Source: Tetramitus jugosus | Lineage: Eukaryota > Protista > Heterolobosea | Assembly: GCA_937625935.1 (NCBI GenBank) | Contig: OW569368.1 | Coordinates: forward strand, 62,001-126,000 | Reading direction: 5' to 3' | DNA: 64,000 nucleotides | Shown: one piece after another, positions 1-11,124 of the stretch | Position numbering within the stretch: position 1 is the stretch's first letter | Layout: each line of letters starts with the position of its first letter | The notes under the pieces: generated by a model | What the model saw: the letters and a program-made list of their open reading frames with translations, nothing else | Databases searched by the model: none | Told to the model about the DNA's origin: nothing | Position numbers and translations under genes: made by a program

Positions 1-519
1 AAGAACATGGACCAACACAGTGGAATTTCTGTCCTTGGTATAACCTGCGATTCTGGAAAGAATTTCATCATCTTCTACCTCAAAGTTCTCCCACTGTTCA
101 CAAGTCTCAAGGCTCATCAACTCGAGGTATCTGTCCTCGCGGTGCAAGACTTGGTACTCCTCTCTGATCACATCAGGACAGGACACTCTCTCTTGACTTG
201 AGAAAATGACCTCAATCTTCTTGCCAGTGAAGACATCGACTCCAACGACCAAATACTTTGCCTTACCATGCTTTCCAGGCTTTGATTTGATCTTGTCAAC
301 AATCTTGCACGGACGGTCCTTCAAAAAGATGAATTGACCCAATCCCAAGTTGTTGATACACTTGAAGGATTGGTCACCACCTTTTTGTTCATAATTCTCA
401 TCGTCATCAGAGAAGTTATCTCTGGCATGCGAATTATTCATGAAGGTTTCGATTGCTTCAACAAAAACTTCTTCTTGTTGAGACAGTTCTTTTGATCCTG
501 AGTTTTGAGGAGTGGCCAT
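1..519 (-). CDS. eIF5A-like translation factor, divergent; 3' end runs off the window
   Basis: Not in the ORF track. Manual translation from ATG 519: MATPQNSG...GQFIFLKDRPCKIVDKIKSKPGKHGKAKYLVVGVDVFTGKKIEVIFSS..., matching the eIF5A RPCKI / GKHG hypusine loop / DxFTGKK pattern. The frame stays open to base 1. Confidence 0.85.
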   Translation of the reverse strand, partial: MATPQNSGSKELSQQEEVFVEAIETFMNNSHARDNFSDDDENYEQKGGDQSFKCINNLGLGQFIFLKDRPCKIVDKIKSKPGKHGKAKYLVVGVDVFTGKKIEVIFSSQERVSCPDVIREEYQVLHREDRYLELMSLETCEQWENFEVEDDEILSRIAGYTKDRNSTVLVHVL

Positions 520-1657
520 TTGGAACAGTTACTTTGATGGGTTCTTACTTTCTTTTCAATTACTATTTGCATACACCAAGGGTTTGGTTGCTCTAAAATT
601 CTATCTATCTTGTACTGGAGCACTGGTTGAGTTCTTGTTGTTCAAAACGAGTGCCTCTTATTATAGCTTTATGATAAATAGAGGTGTTATTTACTATTGG
701 TTGTGTTGTTAGAAAGGTTGTTAGGTCAACTTCGGCCAGCCTTTTAAACCATTCTGACAGGTTGACAACTCTGGGTGCAACTTGGTGCATGCACTGAGCG
801 AGTGCAAGATGAAAAACGCACTCGTGTCCCAATATAGCAAGCAGATAACGAATGTAGTGAACCGTAGTAGTTTAAAAGAAAGATCCAAGGACAAATCAAA
901 GAACAACTCACAAGAGATCCACTTGGAAATTTCGGATTGATTTCTGCCTCCGCAGGCCTCGATTCTCTGAATGAATCTTGAAGAAATTCAAAACCAGATC
1001 AAATCGAAATCTCATTCAGAGAATTGAGGCTCAGCGGGCATTGAGGGTAACTCTCATTGAAGTTCCAAAAGAGCTAGTCTCCCGAGATACTTCTGGTCAG
1101 TGAGTAGCCGTGTATTCTCTAACTCTCAGTGATCTTCTCTGGGCTATGGAGTCAACTTAAGACTTTGCAAGGACACTCACCGCACAAATCCATCACCTTT
1201 CTCCAATTATTTGAGACCTTTAGCGACAGATTACCTACGACGCATGATCTCAATGCGAAACGGCAACTTCGGAGATTTGATAGCACAAGAAAATTCCTCC
1301 CAAATGATATTTTTAATTGACCGATGAATCAAATTGCAAGATTCTTTTGGTGCGACAGACAGAGTCTCTCGTCATCTAATTCATTGAGCCATTGGAATCA
1401 CGCGAGATACATTATTCGCAGAAACAACGACACAACAAAAACAAAAGATATTCGAAAGGCTCCTTGTTCAAAAACGTTCTCTCTTGCACCTATTCTTCCA
1501 ACTCAACTAAAAGCTTAAGCTTAAAATCATACCGTGATCCGCGCACTTGTTAAGCTCAAATATTTCCTGTTCAGTTTCAAACATCTGATTTGTTTCGTTT
1601 GAAGAATATATACTCAACATTAGAGAGACACCTTTTTAAACAACAACAACAACAAAA

Positions 1658-4600
1658 ATGGACAAGGTTTATGCCTCAAACTTTGATAAGGCTTGGCCTC
1701 TATCAAGACTCTTCTTCTCGTAAGTTTTTTTATTTCTTCTCTGGCTTAGCACAAAAAATTTATTGCGCAAAAGCTTTTTTCATGCCATGTGCGTAGCTTG
1801 GGCCCACCAACAGTTGAGCTAACAATCACAACAATAGATGGCTAGATAAAGTTGCTTTCAAGAGCAAGTTTAGACAACTAAAGACGAGTGATCTCTCATT
1901 CGAAAAACAAGACTCTGCTTCTGTTGCGAGTCGCAAATTTCTCACTCAATGGCAAAAGGAACTCGGTAGCAGCTGTCGACCTTCACTCACATGGACACTT
2001 CTCCGATGTTTTTATTGGGATTTTTTACTGGCTGGTGTATACAAGTTTGTATGGTCCGTTCTCATTTGTCTCTGCTCTTATTATTTTGTGAGAGAGTTGG
2101 TGTCATTTGTCGGCGATTTGACCATGCCTGATTGGAGAGGATGGGTGTTGTGTGTTGGTTTCTTTATTGGATGCTTGGCACTTAGTGTTTCCTTTCAACA
2201 AATGTCATCCAAGGCAACTCAAGTCGGTCTTCGCATGAGAGCAGCTCTATTGACTGCTGTGTTTGAGAAGGCGATGAGATTGGACTTGCAGGATTTGAAT
2301 GCGGGTGATGTGGTCAATTTGGCTACAAACGATTGCTCTCGTTTAATGGAAAGTTGTCTCAGTTTTCATTATTTATGGTCTGGTGCTTTGGAAGCAGTCG
2401 GACTCATTGGCCTTTTAATTTATTTGATTGGTAATATTGGCTTTATATCGCTTGGTATCATTATTGTGCTCTTGGTTGTTCAGTGTGGCATCGGTTTCAT
2501 GATTGCTGGTCTGAGAACAAAAACAATTGATACGACAGATAGCCGTGTGTCAATCATGACTGAAATTCTGATGGCCATCAAGTTGGTCAAGCTGTACTCG
2601 TGGGAAGACTTTTTTGCAAAACACGTCCAGAAGATTCGTCGGAAAGAAGTTGCTCTCATGTCTGGTGGAGCTCTCATCAAGACAATCAATCTTACAATTG
2701 TGTACGGTGTTCCACCATTGATCGCACTAGTGTCTTTTGGTCTCTATGTTGGTCTCATTGGCAAGCTAACTCCTGCAATCGCTTTTACGACTCTCTCCAT
2801 TTTCAATACTCTGAGATTCCCGTTGGTTGTCTTGCCAAGAGCCCTCAGAGGTTTCTCCGAGTTTGTTGCTGCTATTGTCAGACTGGAAAAGTTTTTGTTG
2901 AAGGCAGAGAGGGAAGTTCACGACAAGGCTACTGATTATGTTGGTATCCAATTTGAAAATGCCTCCTTCTCCTACTTGAGAACCGATACTTTGCTGCATG
3001 ATGTCACTTGTGAGATTCCAGAAGGAAAGCTTTGTGGTATGGTCGGTCTTGTAGGTACAGGAAAATCCAATATAGTCTATGCAATTCTGGGTCAAATGAA
3101 ATTGGAGAAGGGTAGCTACAAGGTTGGTGGATCGATTGGTTATGTGCCACAAACTCCATGGATTCAAACTGGTACCATCAGAGATAATATTCTGTTTGGA
3201 TTGCCATATGATGAGAAGAGATACAAGGAAACAGTGTTTGCTTGCTGTCTCGAGAGAGATTTTGAAATCATGGAACCGCATGGAGATTTGACCTTCTTGT
3301 CCGACAGAGGTCAAAATTTGTCTGGTGGTCAAAAGCAGCGTATTGCCTTGGCAAGAGCCACTTATGCAGACTCTCAGATTTATATCTTAGATTCACCTCT
3401 GTCTGCTGTGGATCAACATACAGCACAACACATTTTCCAGCACTGTATCCGTGGTTTGCTGTCCAAGAAGGCTTGTTTGTTGATTACCCATCACTTGGAA
3501 ATGCTTGCCGAGTGTGATTTGGTCAGTGTGGTGAATGATGGCAGAATGCAATATTTTGGTGAGTGGAGCAAGGAGTGTCTTGGTTGCGTTCAGCAATATT
3601 TCCCTAATTGGGCGTACGAGGGTGGCTTTGAAAAACCAGCCCAGGCTATTTCACATCATTCTGTGGAGTTGGAAAAACTAGACGATGAAGAGTCAGATAG
3701 TGTTTCTGTTGCGGCAACACTTGAACAAGTTGAAAACGATATTCAAAAGGATGTTGAGGTACCTGCCGCTGATATGCCTCAAGATACAAAGAAGGAAGAA
3801 ACGAAGGAGGCAGAGAAGAAAGTTGAAATACCAATGGAAGAGTCAGTAGTCCCGAGGAGCAAGATTCCGTTCATGGGTCATTTGATTTGGATTTATGAAT
3901 CTAATCCAATTGCTGTTCTTATATCTGTGTCTATTTTCGCTCTAACTCAAGTTACGAGAATTATATCTGATAAGTGGATTAATTGGTGGATTGCAGATAA
4001 GTTTGGCTTGAGCGAGGGACAGTACATCTACCTTTATGCCATTTTAGTTGTCGTTTTCGTTGTATTATTGGTTGGTAGAGGAGCTTGGTTCTACACCATG
4101 GTTCTCAGAATGACCACTCGGTTGCACAACAAGATGTTTAAGAAGGTTCTGAGAGCACCAATGTTGTTCTTCAATGATACTCCTGTTGGTGCAGTGTTGA
4201 ACAGTTTTTCAAAGGATCAAGATTGTGCAGATGAAGGTCTTGCCGACACTATCCACGTCACTCTGATTTACTTCATGATTTTGGCTACCTCTGTGATCAT
4301 TGTCTGTACTGCTTTGCCCTACTATACTATTGTTCTCGTCCTGTTGGTTGTCAGTTTCCTTGTGATGTACTCATTGTATGCGGGTCCAGCTCAATACTTG
4401 AAAGATTTGTCTGGTTCAACTAATTCTGAGCTATTCGCTCATTTGAATGAGAGTTTGACTGGTCTTATTGTGATTAGAGCCTTTGAGAGAGAGCGCAGTT
4501 TCGAGGACAAGACCATTGCCAAGATTGATGATAACCATTTGGCAGTATTCAACGGTGAAATGCTGCAATTGTGGTTGTCTTTCAGGTTGGATATTGTGAG

Positions 4601-5795
4601 TTCACTTCTCGTGTTCTTCACTGCCATTTTTGCTATTATTTCAAGAGGTAGTGGTACTCTTGATGCTAGTTCCTTTGGACTTGCCATTTCAAACTCTTTC
4701 CAACAACTGGTTTTCTTCACCTGGGTCGTTCGTGGTTTTGCTGAAATTAACTCCCAGATTGCTTGTATGGAGAGAATCAACTTTTATGCCAAGAAGACTG
4801 AGACTGAGGCACCAGCCCATATCAAGAAGACTGAACCACCCAAGGAGTGGCCAACTCACGGAGAGGTTGAAATTTCTGATCTCTACTTGAGATATAGTCC
4901 AAAGTTGCCTCCTGTCTTGAGAGGTGTCAACCTGAAGATCCATGGAGGTGAAAAGGTTGGTGTCGTTGGTAGAACAGGTTCCGGAAAGGTATGCATGAAT
5001 GACAATCTTTTTTTACTTATCCTTATTTTCTTTCACATGCATGTACTGACACACATCTATGCGCACAATGAACTCTAGACGACTCTACTGATGACCTTGT
5101 TCAGACTGATAGAACCTGATTCTGGAAGTATCATTATCGACGGCAGAGATATCAGAGCCATGGGATTGACCGACTTGAGACAAAAGATTGCCATTATTCC
5201 TCAGGAGCCTGTACTATTCAAGGGAACGCTCAGAAGTAACTTGGATCCTTTCGGTCAATATAGTGACGAACAGCTTTGGGATGCGTTGGAATGCGCAAGT
5301 TTGAAAGCAGCTGTCGAGGAGATGCCGAACAAATTGGAAACAAAGGTGTTAGAGGGTGGTTCAAACTACTCCCTCGGGCAAAAGCAGCTCTTCTGTCTTG
5401 CTCGTGCCGTGCTCAATCAATCCAAACTGCTTGTGTTTGATGAAGCAACAGCAGCCATGGATTTGGAGACGGATGCTCAAATTCAAGCCACCATCAGAAG
5501 AGTGTTTGCCGATAGAACAATCTTGACCATTGCTCACAGATTGGACACCATTATTGATAGTGATCGTATTTTGGTGATGGATGCCGGTAAGGTGTTGGAG
5601 TTTGATACTCCAGCTACACTGCTGACCGATCCTGATGGTTCATTCACTCGTCTTGTCGATCAAACTGGACCAGATTCTTCAATGCAACTGAGAAGAATTG
5701 CCTTCTCAAAGCAAAATACGACAGATGATGCCCATGACACTGCCCTTATCCCGCAGTCAGAAGAACCAGAATCAGTCAACGTGGCAGATGAATAA
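1658..5795 (+). CDS. ABCC/MRP-family full ABC transporter, 3 exons (1658-1719, 1838-4988, 5079-5795)
   Basis: TMD-NBD-TMD-NBD layout with GLVGTGKS, LSGGQKQR, GRTGSGK|TTLL and YSLGQKQL. GT-AG introns at 1720-1837 and 4989-5078 join the track ORFs in frame. Confidence 0.93.
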
Positions 5796-5958
5796 TAAAA
5801 CTGAATACATTACCAGCACAAGTTCAGGATTGCAGATCCGGCCGGAAAATCGCCCTGCAATGATCCGATGCACCAAATATCACGAAAAATCCTTGCGATC
5901 GCAAGAAAAAGAAGCACAGCCATCAGTTTACCAATAGAAAAACAATCTGATTCTTACC

Positions 5959-7434
5959 ATGAAGCACACTCTTCAATCCAGTCAAAAAATTGCTCAGAAC
6001 TTTATCGAGTTTGTCAACAAGTCCAAAACTTCGTTCCATGCAGTCAACTCTGTCAGGAATCAACTGTTGGACCGAGGTTACATTGCACTGGACGAAAAGT
6101 CATCGTGGGACTCCTTGATCAAGCCAAACGGAAAATATTTTCTCACTAGGAATCAATCGGCCATCCTCGTATTGTCCATTGGTGGACAGTACACTGCTGG
6201 AAATGGTTGGAAGTTGATTGGAGCTCACACGGATTCACCTGATTTGAGACTCAAGCCAAATTCCAAGCAAGACAAGGCAGGTTTGTTGCAAGTTGGTGTT
6301 CAGACCTATGGCGGTGGTTTGTTTCACACTTGGTTCGATCGTGACTTGAGTGTCAGTGGTCGTGTTCTCATTGAGAACAAGTCTGGTGGAGCTCACCGAT
6401 TCGAACACAGGTTGGTCAGTGTCGATAGACCCATTCTCAGAATTCCATCATTGGCCATTCATTTGAATCGTGATGTCAAGGAGGGATTCAAGTTCAATTA
6501 TGAGACTCATCTCGTTCCAGTGATTGCCAGTGCTGTCAATAGTCAATTGAATCAACCTTCATTGGGATCATCGGATAACAAGAGTGATGAAGAAGAAGGG
6601 GACTCTACGAAAAAGAAGGCCACGTTGACCGATATGCAACAGAGTCATCACTCTGTATTGTTGCAAATTTTGGCAGATGAGTTGAAGGTGGATGTGAACG
6701 ATATCAGAGATTTGGAATTGTCAGTGGTTGATGTTCAACCTGGAGTGATTGGTGGTGCCATGAATGAGTTCATCTTTTCTCCACGATTGGACAACTTGAT
6801 GTCTTGTTTCTGTTCTTTGCAAGCCTTGTTCAACACGGAGGATTCATTGAATAATGATACCGATGTCAGAGTGGTTGCCATGTTTGATCATGAAGAAGTG
6901 GGATCTGATTCGAATCAAGGAGCAGGCAGTGCATGGATGAATGACACTTTTGTTCGATTGACAAAAATCTTCTCCAATGACAAGACACCGGTCGATGCAC
7001 TCGAGATGACAAAAGCCAAATCCTTTTTGATATCTGCTGATATGGCTCACGCACTCCATCCAAACTACACGGAGAAGCACTCGGACACTCATAGACCAGA
7101 GATTCACAAGGGTCTCGTTGTCAAGGTGAATGCCAACCAGAGATACACCACCAATGCACACAGTAGTCTGTTGATGAGACAGCTTGCTTCCAACGCTGGT
7201 GTCCCACTGCAACAATTTGTTGTCAGAAATGATGCATTGTGTGGATCCACAATTGGTCCAATCATTTCCTCTGGAGTGGGCATCAGAGCAGTGGATGTTG
7301 GTATTCCTCAGCTCAGCATGCACAGCATTCGTGAAATGTGTGGAACGATAGACGCTGCCAACGCTGTTGAATTATTCACTGAGTTCTTTAAGCCCAGTTT
7401 CCGTCAATTGGACGACTCTGTACAAATGGATTAA
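5959..7434 (+). CDS. DNPEP: Aspartyl aminopeptidase (peptidase M18)
   Basis: Motifs AHTDSP, TWFDRDL, RLDNL, FDHEEVGS, SADMAHALHPNY, CGSTIGP and SMHSIRE. Confidence 0.95.
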   Translation: MKHTLQSSQKIAQNFIEFVNKSKTSFHAVNSVRNQLLDRGYIALDEKSSWDSLIKPNGKYFLTRNQSAILVLSIGGQYTAGNGWKLIGAHTDSPDLRLKPNSKQDKAGLLQVGVQTYGGGLFHTWFDRDLSVSGRVLIENKSGGAHRFEHRLVSVDRPILRIPSLAIHLNRDVKEGFKFNYETHLVPVIASAVNSQLNQPSLGSSDNKSDEEEGDSTKKKATLTDMQQSHHSVLLQILADELKVDVNDIRDLELSVVDVQPGVIGGAMNEFIFSPRLDNLMSCFCSLQALFNTEDSLNNDTDVRVVAMFDHEEVGSDSNQGAGSAWMNDTFVRLTKIFSNDKTPVDALEMTKAKSFLISADMAHALHPNYTEKHSDTHRPEIHKGLVVKVNANQRYTTNAHSSLLMRQLASNAGVPLQQFVVRNDALCGSTIGPIISSGVGIRAVDVGIPQLSMHSIREMCGTIDAANAVELFTEFFKPSFRQLDDSVQMD

Positions 7435-7549
7435 GATAGATAGCGCCAGGTCTCATTTCTTACCCTTGTTGGAGTTTAAAAAACGAAAAAGCAATTCATG
7501 ATTTACACTTTTTATGTATTAGTTTATTACAATAAGATACAATTTTGTC

Positions 7550-8116
7550 TCAAATCTCGTATCTTGGTTTGTTTGCAGTTGGACCAGCAGGATATTCATG
7601 CTTGGTAGCATCAAGCTTGATACTAGGTGTGTTCCTTCTCATCTTCTCATCTCTCTCAACCTCAATCTTCACCGAGAAGGCTACTTGACGAGTCAACTGG
7701 TCATAAAACACCAATCGCGTCGATCCAGACATCATTGTCTTTATCTGAACAAAAATAATGTCGAATTCTCCCTTGGGCAGCACATGTGTCGGTGCTTGTT
7801 CGTTTCCTCCGACCAACTTCCTTCGCATGGCTCTATCATCTACACTCACCGTCTCAAACTCCAAATCTCCAATCCTGGCAAACAAATCACTGTCATCGAT
7901 GGAGATTTGATACCTCGTATCGATGCCGGCACGAACAGAGCGATCACATGTAGCTTCATAGTAAAAAACCCGAATATCTTGCTTCTCTGGCGTGCTTAGT
8001 ACCTTCATTCGATTTTCAGCAATCTCCAGGTTGACACAATTGTTAATGTTCATAGAATTTTTGGATCGGAAGAACAGGTCGTCTTCTGTGGATTGGCTAA
8101 TCTTTAGGGATGGCAT
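7550..8116 (-). CDS. Hypothetical protein, 188 aa
   Basis: Uninterrupted ATG-initiated ORF filling the gap between genes; no family recognised. Confidence 0.6.
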   Translation of the reverse strand: MPSLKISQSTEDDLFFRSKNSMNINNCVNLEIAENRMKVLSTPEKQDIRVFYYEATCDRSVRAGIDTRYQISIDDSDLFARIGDLEFETVSVDDRAMRRKLVGGNEQAPTHVLPKGEFDIIFVQIKTMMSGSTRLVFYDQLTRQVAFSVKIEVERDEKMRRNTPSIKLDATKHEYPAGPTANKPRYEI

Positions 8117-8468
8117 CTTGGTCAGTTAAATACTTGTTGTAGTACGTGTGGAATTAATTCTCTTGTTTGTTTTTTCGCTTATCCCAAGAGCTTCGTTTTT
8201 AAATGAAAACGCCCGTCTGTGTCAAACATCATGATGAGAAGGTCCAATTTTCAGTTGGTCATTTACGCATTTGGCGCCACGGTTAATTGATTTGGTTTTC
8301 TTCAGCGGTCCAAATCCCACTCCAAGTGGCGTTCATCTCGTAGTTGTTTTCTCGGTTCCCGTTGTTGTGAACTCGTGCTTCGACATCCCGACATCGCTTG
8401 TCACAAGCTTCACAATTTGCTCCGTTTCCAGAAAAACAACGATTTCTACTCAGAGAAAAACAACAAAG

Positions 8469-9524
8469 ATGACAAACGAGAAACGCCCTGCTGACAGAAG
8501 TGACAACACACTGGAACAAGAGGAACCCAAGGCCAAGAAACCCAAATCCATTCTGATTGAAGATCAACAACAAGAAGAATCAAGCTCCGCGGCTGCTGCT
8601 GACAATGCCGATGATTCAAAGTACATTCACTTGTTGCCCAATGGAGCCATCAAGACAACAGGTATCACTTGCCAAGCTGCTACCAAATGTAAATGGTTCG
8701 GAGGCAATAGTGGCTATTGTAGTGTGTGTTGGAAACGATTGAGTAAGACTGAGCAAGAAGAAGCAACTGCTGTGCAAATGAAATTGGAGCCTGCTCGTGC
8801 CAGAGAGGCAGACAGAGAAGCACAGGAAAAGAAACATGCAGAGCAGCTGGAGAAGGAAAAGCAAGAGAGAGAAGTGCGACAGAGGAAAGACCAGTACGTT
8901 CAGGAAAGAGAGCTGTTGAAGCAACAGGGAAAGGCATATCCCATTCAAAAGTTCGTGCAAGATTATGAGGATGACGGCTCTGAGGAAGCTTCAAATTTTG
9001 GTCAGCTCTGTTGTAGTGGAGATGGTGGAGTTAGAGAAACGTTGCAATTGTGGAATTGCGGGGTGTACAATACCAAGTTTGGAACACCGGAGTCTCTTGG
9101 GGAACCAAGTATTCAACAAATGGCTCGCCACACTGAATTGAAAGCAAGATTGAGGAGTTGTTTCGGTGGTTTGCTTCTACAAACAGAAGGAGATTATTCA
9201 TTCGTTCCGTACGTCATTCCTGTGGCTGGAATTCCAAAGTTGGAGAGTCTGTGTGTCGATGCTCAAACCACGATTGAACACGTACTCGAGGTGAGTGAAC
9301 GTGCATCTCAAAGCGTTAGTGGATTTGCTTCCTATGTGAATAAGAAGAAAATGCTAACCCAGGCAGTTGCAACATTCAAGCAAGAGTGTCTCTCCGGTAG
9401 CTTTTGCGTTTTCGAGCCACCTTCCTCTGATTCTTGTTGCATAGGTCCAATCATCATTGCAGGAGTGGATAAGGTGAGTGGCAAGGATGTAGTGCTTGTT
9501 TCAAGCTACATTACATGGACATAA
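8469..9524 (+). CDS. Hypothetical protein with A20-like Cys4 zinc finger and coiled coil
   Basis: First ATG at 8469 (MTNEKRP). CQAATKCKWFGGNSGYCSVCWK resembles the zf-A20 Cys pattern and is followed by an E/K/R-rich helix. Confidence 0.6.
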   Translation: MTNEKRPADRSDNTLEQEEPKAKKPKSILIEDQQQEESSSAAAADNADDSKYIHLLPNGAIKTTGITCQAATKCKWFGGNSGYCSVCWKRLSKTEQEEATAVQMKLEPARAREADREAQEKKHAEQLEKEKQEREVRQRKDQYVQERELLKQQGKAYPIQKFVQDYEDDGSEEASNFGQLCCSGDGGVRETLQLWNCGVYNTKFGTPESLGEPSIQQMARHTELKARLRSCFGGLLLQTEGDYSFVPYVIPVAGIPKLESLCVDAQTTIEHVLEVSERASQSVSGFASYVNKKKMLTQAVATFKQECLSGSFCVFEPPSSDSCCIGPIIIAGVDKVSGKDVVLVSSYITWT

Positions 9525-9982
9525 TAGCGTTTGGTAGAACAATGACTTGAATTAAATTGATTTCTCTCTGGTTCATTCATAGCAAACATCAATTTATTCT
9601 CGAACAGTTGTCCATTAAACTCTTAAGATACCTCCGAACCACTTGACTAACAATGAGTTGATCTTCGCTCTTACGAGAAATGAATTGTTAAGAGTAGAAT
9701 GTAGATGCCGGTGATAGCCTGTTTATACAAACAGTAAATTCTATCACATTTACTGAAGATGGTTCAATCGACGAATAGAACGAGCAATGACTTGCTTTAT
9801 TGGATGGAGATCTTTTGTATAGTAAGGAATCCTAATTGAACATATGTTGTACCTCCTGTCAGCAATTATCATGTGTCACAACACTGGCTACACCGACAGA
9901 AGTGTCGAAGACTCGATCGGATAGCCTGAGGCTCAAAACGACAATTAAATTGATCGCATCGACTGCTCTTTCCTTCCATGTG

Positions 9983-10645
9983 TCATATGATAGGTAAACA
10001 TGCTCTCAATAGCGAGACAACAAAGTGTTTCCGAATTTTAACAGGAACATGAACATGATCATCTCTACTCTTGAACATGTTCTCCGAGCTGGGGCAATAC
10101 AGAGAGAGATCAACCCGAATTTCATCCCCTATTAATCCTAGAAAGAGATAGTACTGTTCATCCGTTTCACTCGATGAAAGAAGTTTCTCGTGTAACAACA
10201 CGTAGTATTCTATGTCTCGCTTTTCTGGTGTACTTCCTGTGATCTCCAAGTAAATATACTCTGCCAACCGATAAATGTCCCTATTTGCTTGATCTGGTGT
10301 GACAGTTCTCCTTTTACACGACGTACCGTCATCTGGACAACCATAATTCTCAAGATAGCGAGTTTTGTATATTCTACTAACAAGGAACTTGTTAGGAATG
10401 TTGATATCGAGTGTACTATTCAGTACGCTACTATTCTTGAATGGAATCATCCTTGCGTTACTGCTTCTTCTCTTCATTATCGGCTTGTTGACAAAGGATT
10501 TCCTTCTCCATGGATGTAGTGGGATAGTCTTTGGTCCTTGCAACTCAACGAACTCATAACAATCACATTGAGTCTCCTCCCTACTGTCACTGCATTCCTT
10601 AACAATCAAGCATTTTCTCGAAGTTGTCTTCTTCATTTCTTTCAA
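9983..10645 (-). CDS. Hypothetical protein, start uncertain
   Basis: 220-codon open frame with no recognised family. Confidence 0.4.
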   Translation of the reverse strand: MKEMKKTTSRKCLIVKECSDSREETQCDCYEFVELQGPKTIPLHPWRRKSFVNKPIMKRRSSNARMIPFKNSSVLNSTLDINIPNKFLVSRIYKTRYLENYGCPDDGTSCKRRTVTPDQANRDIYRLAEYIYLEITGSTPEKRDIEYYVLLHEKLLSSSETDEQYYLFLGLIGDEIRVDLSLYCPSSENMFKSRDDHVHVPVKIRKHFVVSLLRACLPII

Positions 10646-11124
10646 AAAAGCACTGGATGTTCAAAAGAAAAGAAATCGCTTGACGACGAGAAAAGAACCA
10701 ATGTTGGTTGCACAGTCGTTGAAGTCGATAGTTAATCTTCCTTATTTACCTCAAATGCACGACGAGAACCAAGTAAGAATTTCTCTCTTAGGACTTGGTT
10801 CATTTTTAGAGATACCTGACTCGAAATATTGATCAACGCGACAGAGGTTCCATTTACCAATCAGAAGGCCCCGCATCACCGTAAATCCATCAACGCCGCT
10901 TAATTCCCCGATTACAAATGAACACGCGTCCCATCCGGAAGATTAAAATTGCTGCGCCATCGAAAAAAATATTCTGTTTGTCGCAAGTTCCTTCGGCTTC
11001 GTTCCTCACACCAGAAAAAAAAAACAAAGTCACATCTCGGAATAGCGAAACCGCCACCACCAATATTCCAACCACCAACCGAAAACCCAAACACAACAAC
11101 CAAAACTCACAAGCCATCAACAAC

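Noticed and set aside
920-1250. GGAAATTTCGG as RNase P RNA CR-I
   Set aside because: No complementary P4/CR-V partner was found at a suitable distance.
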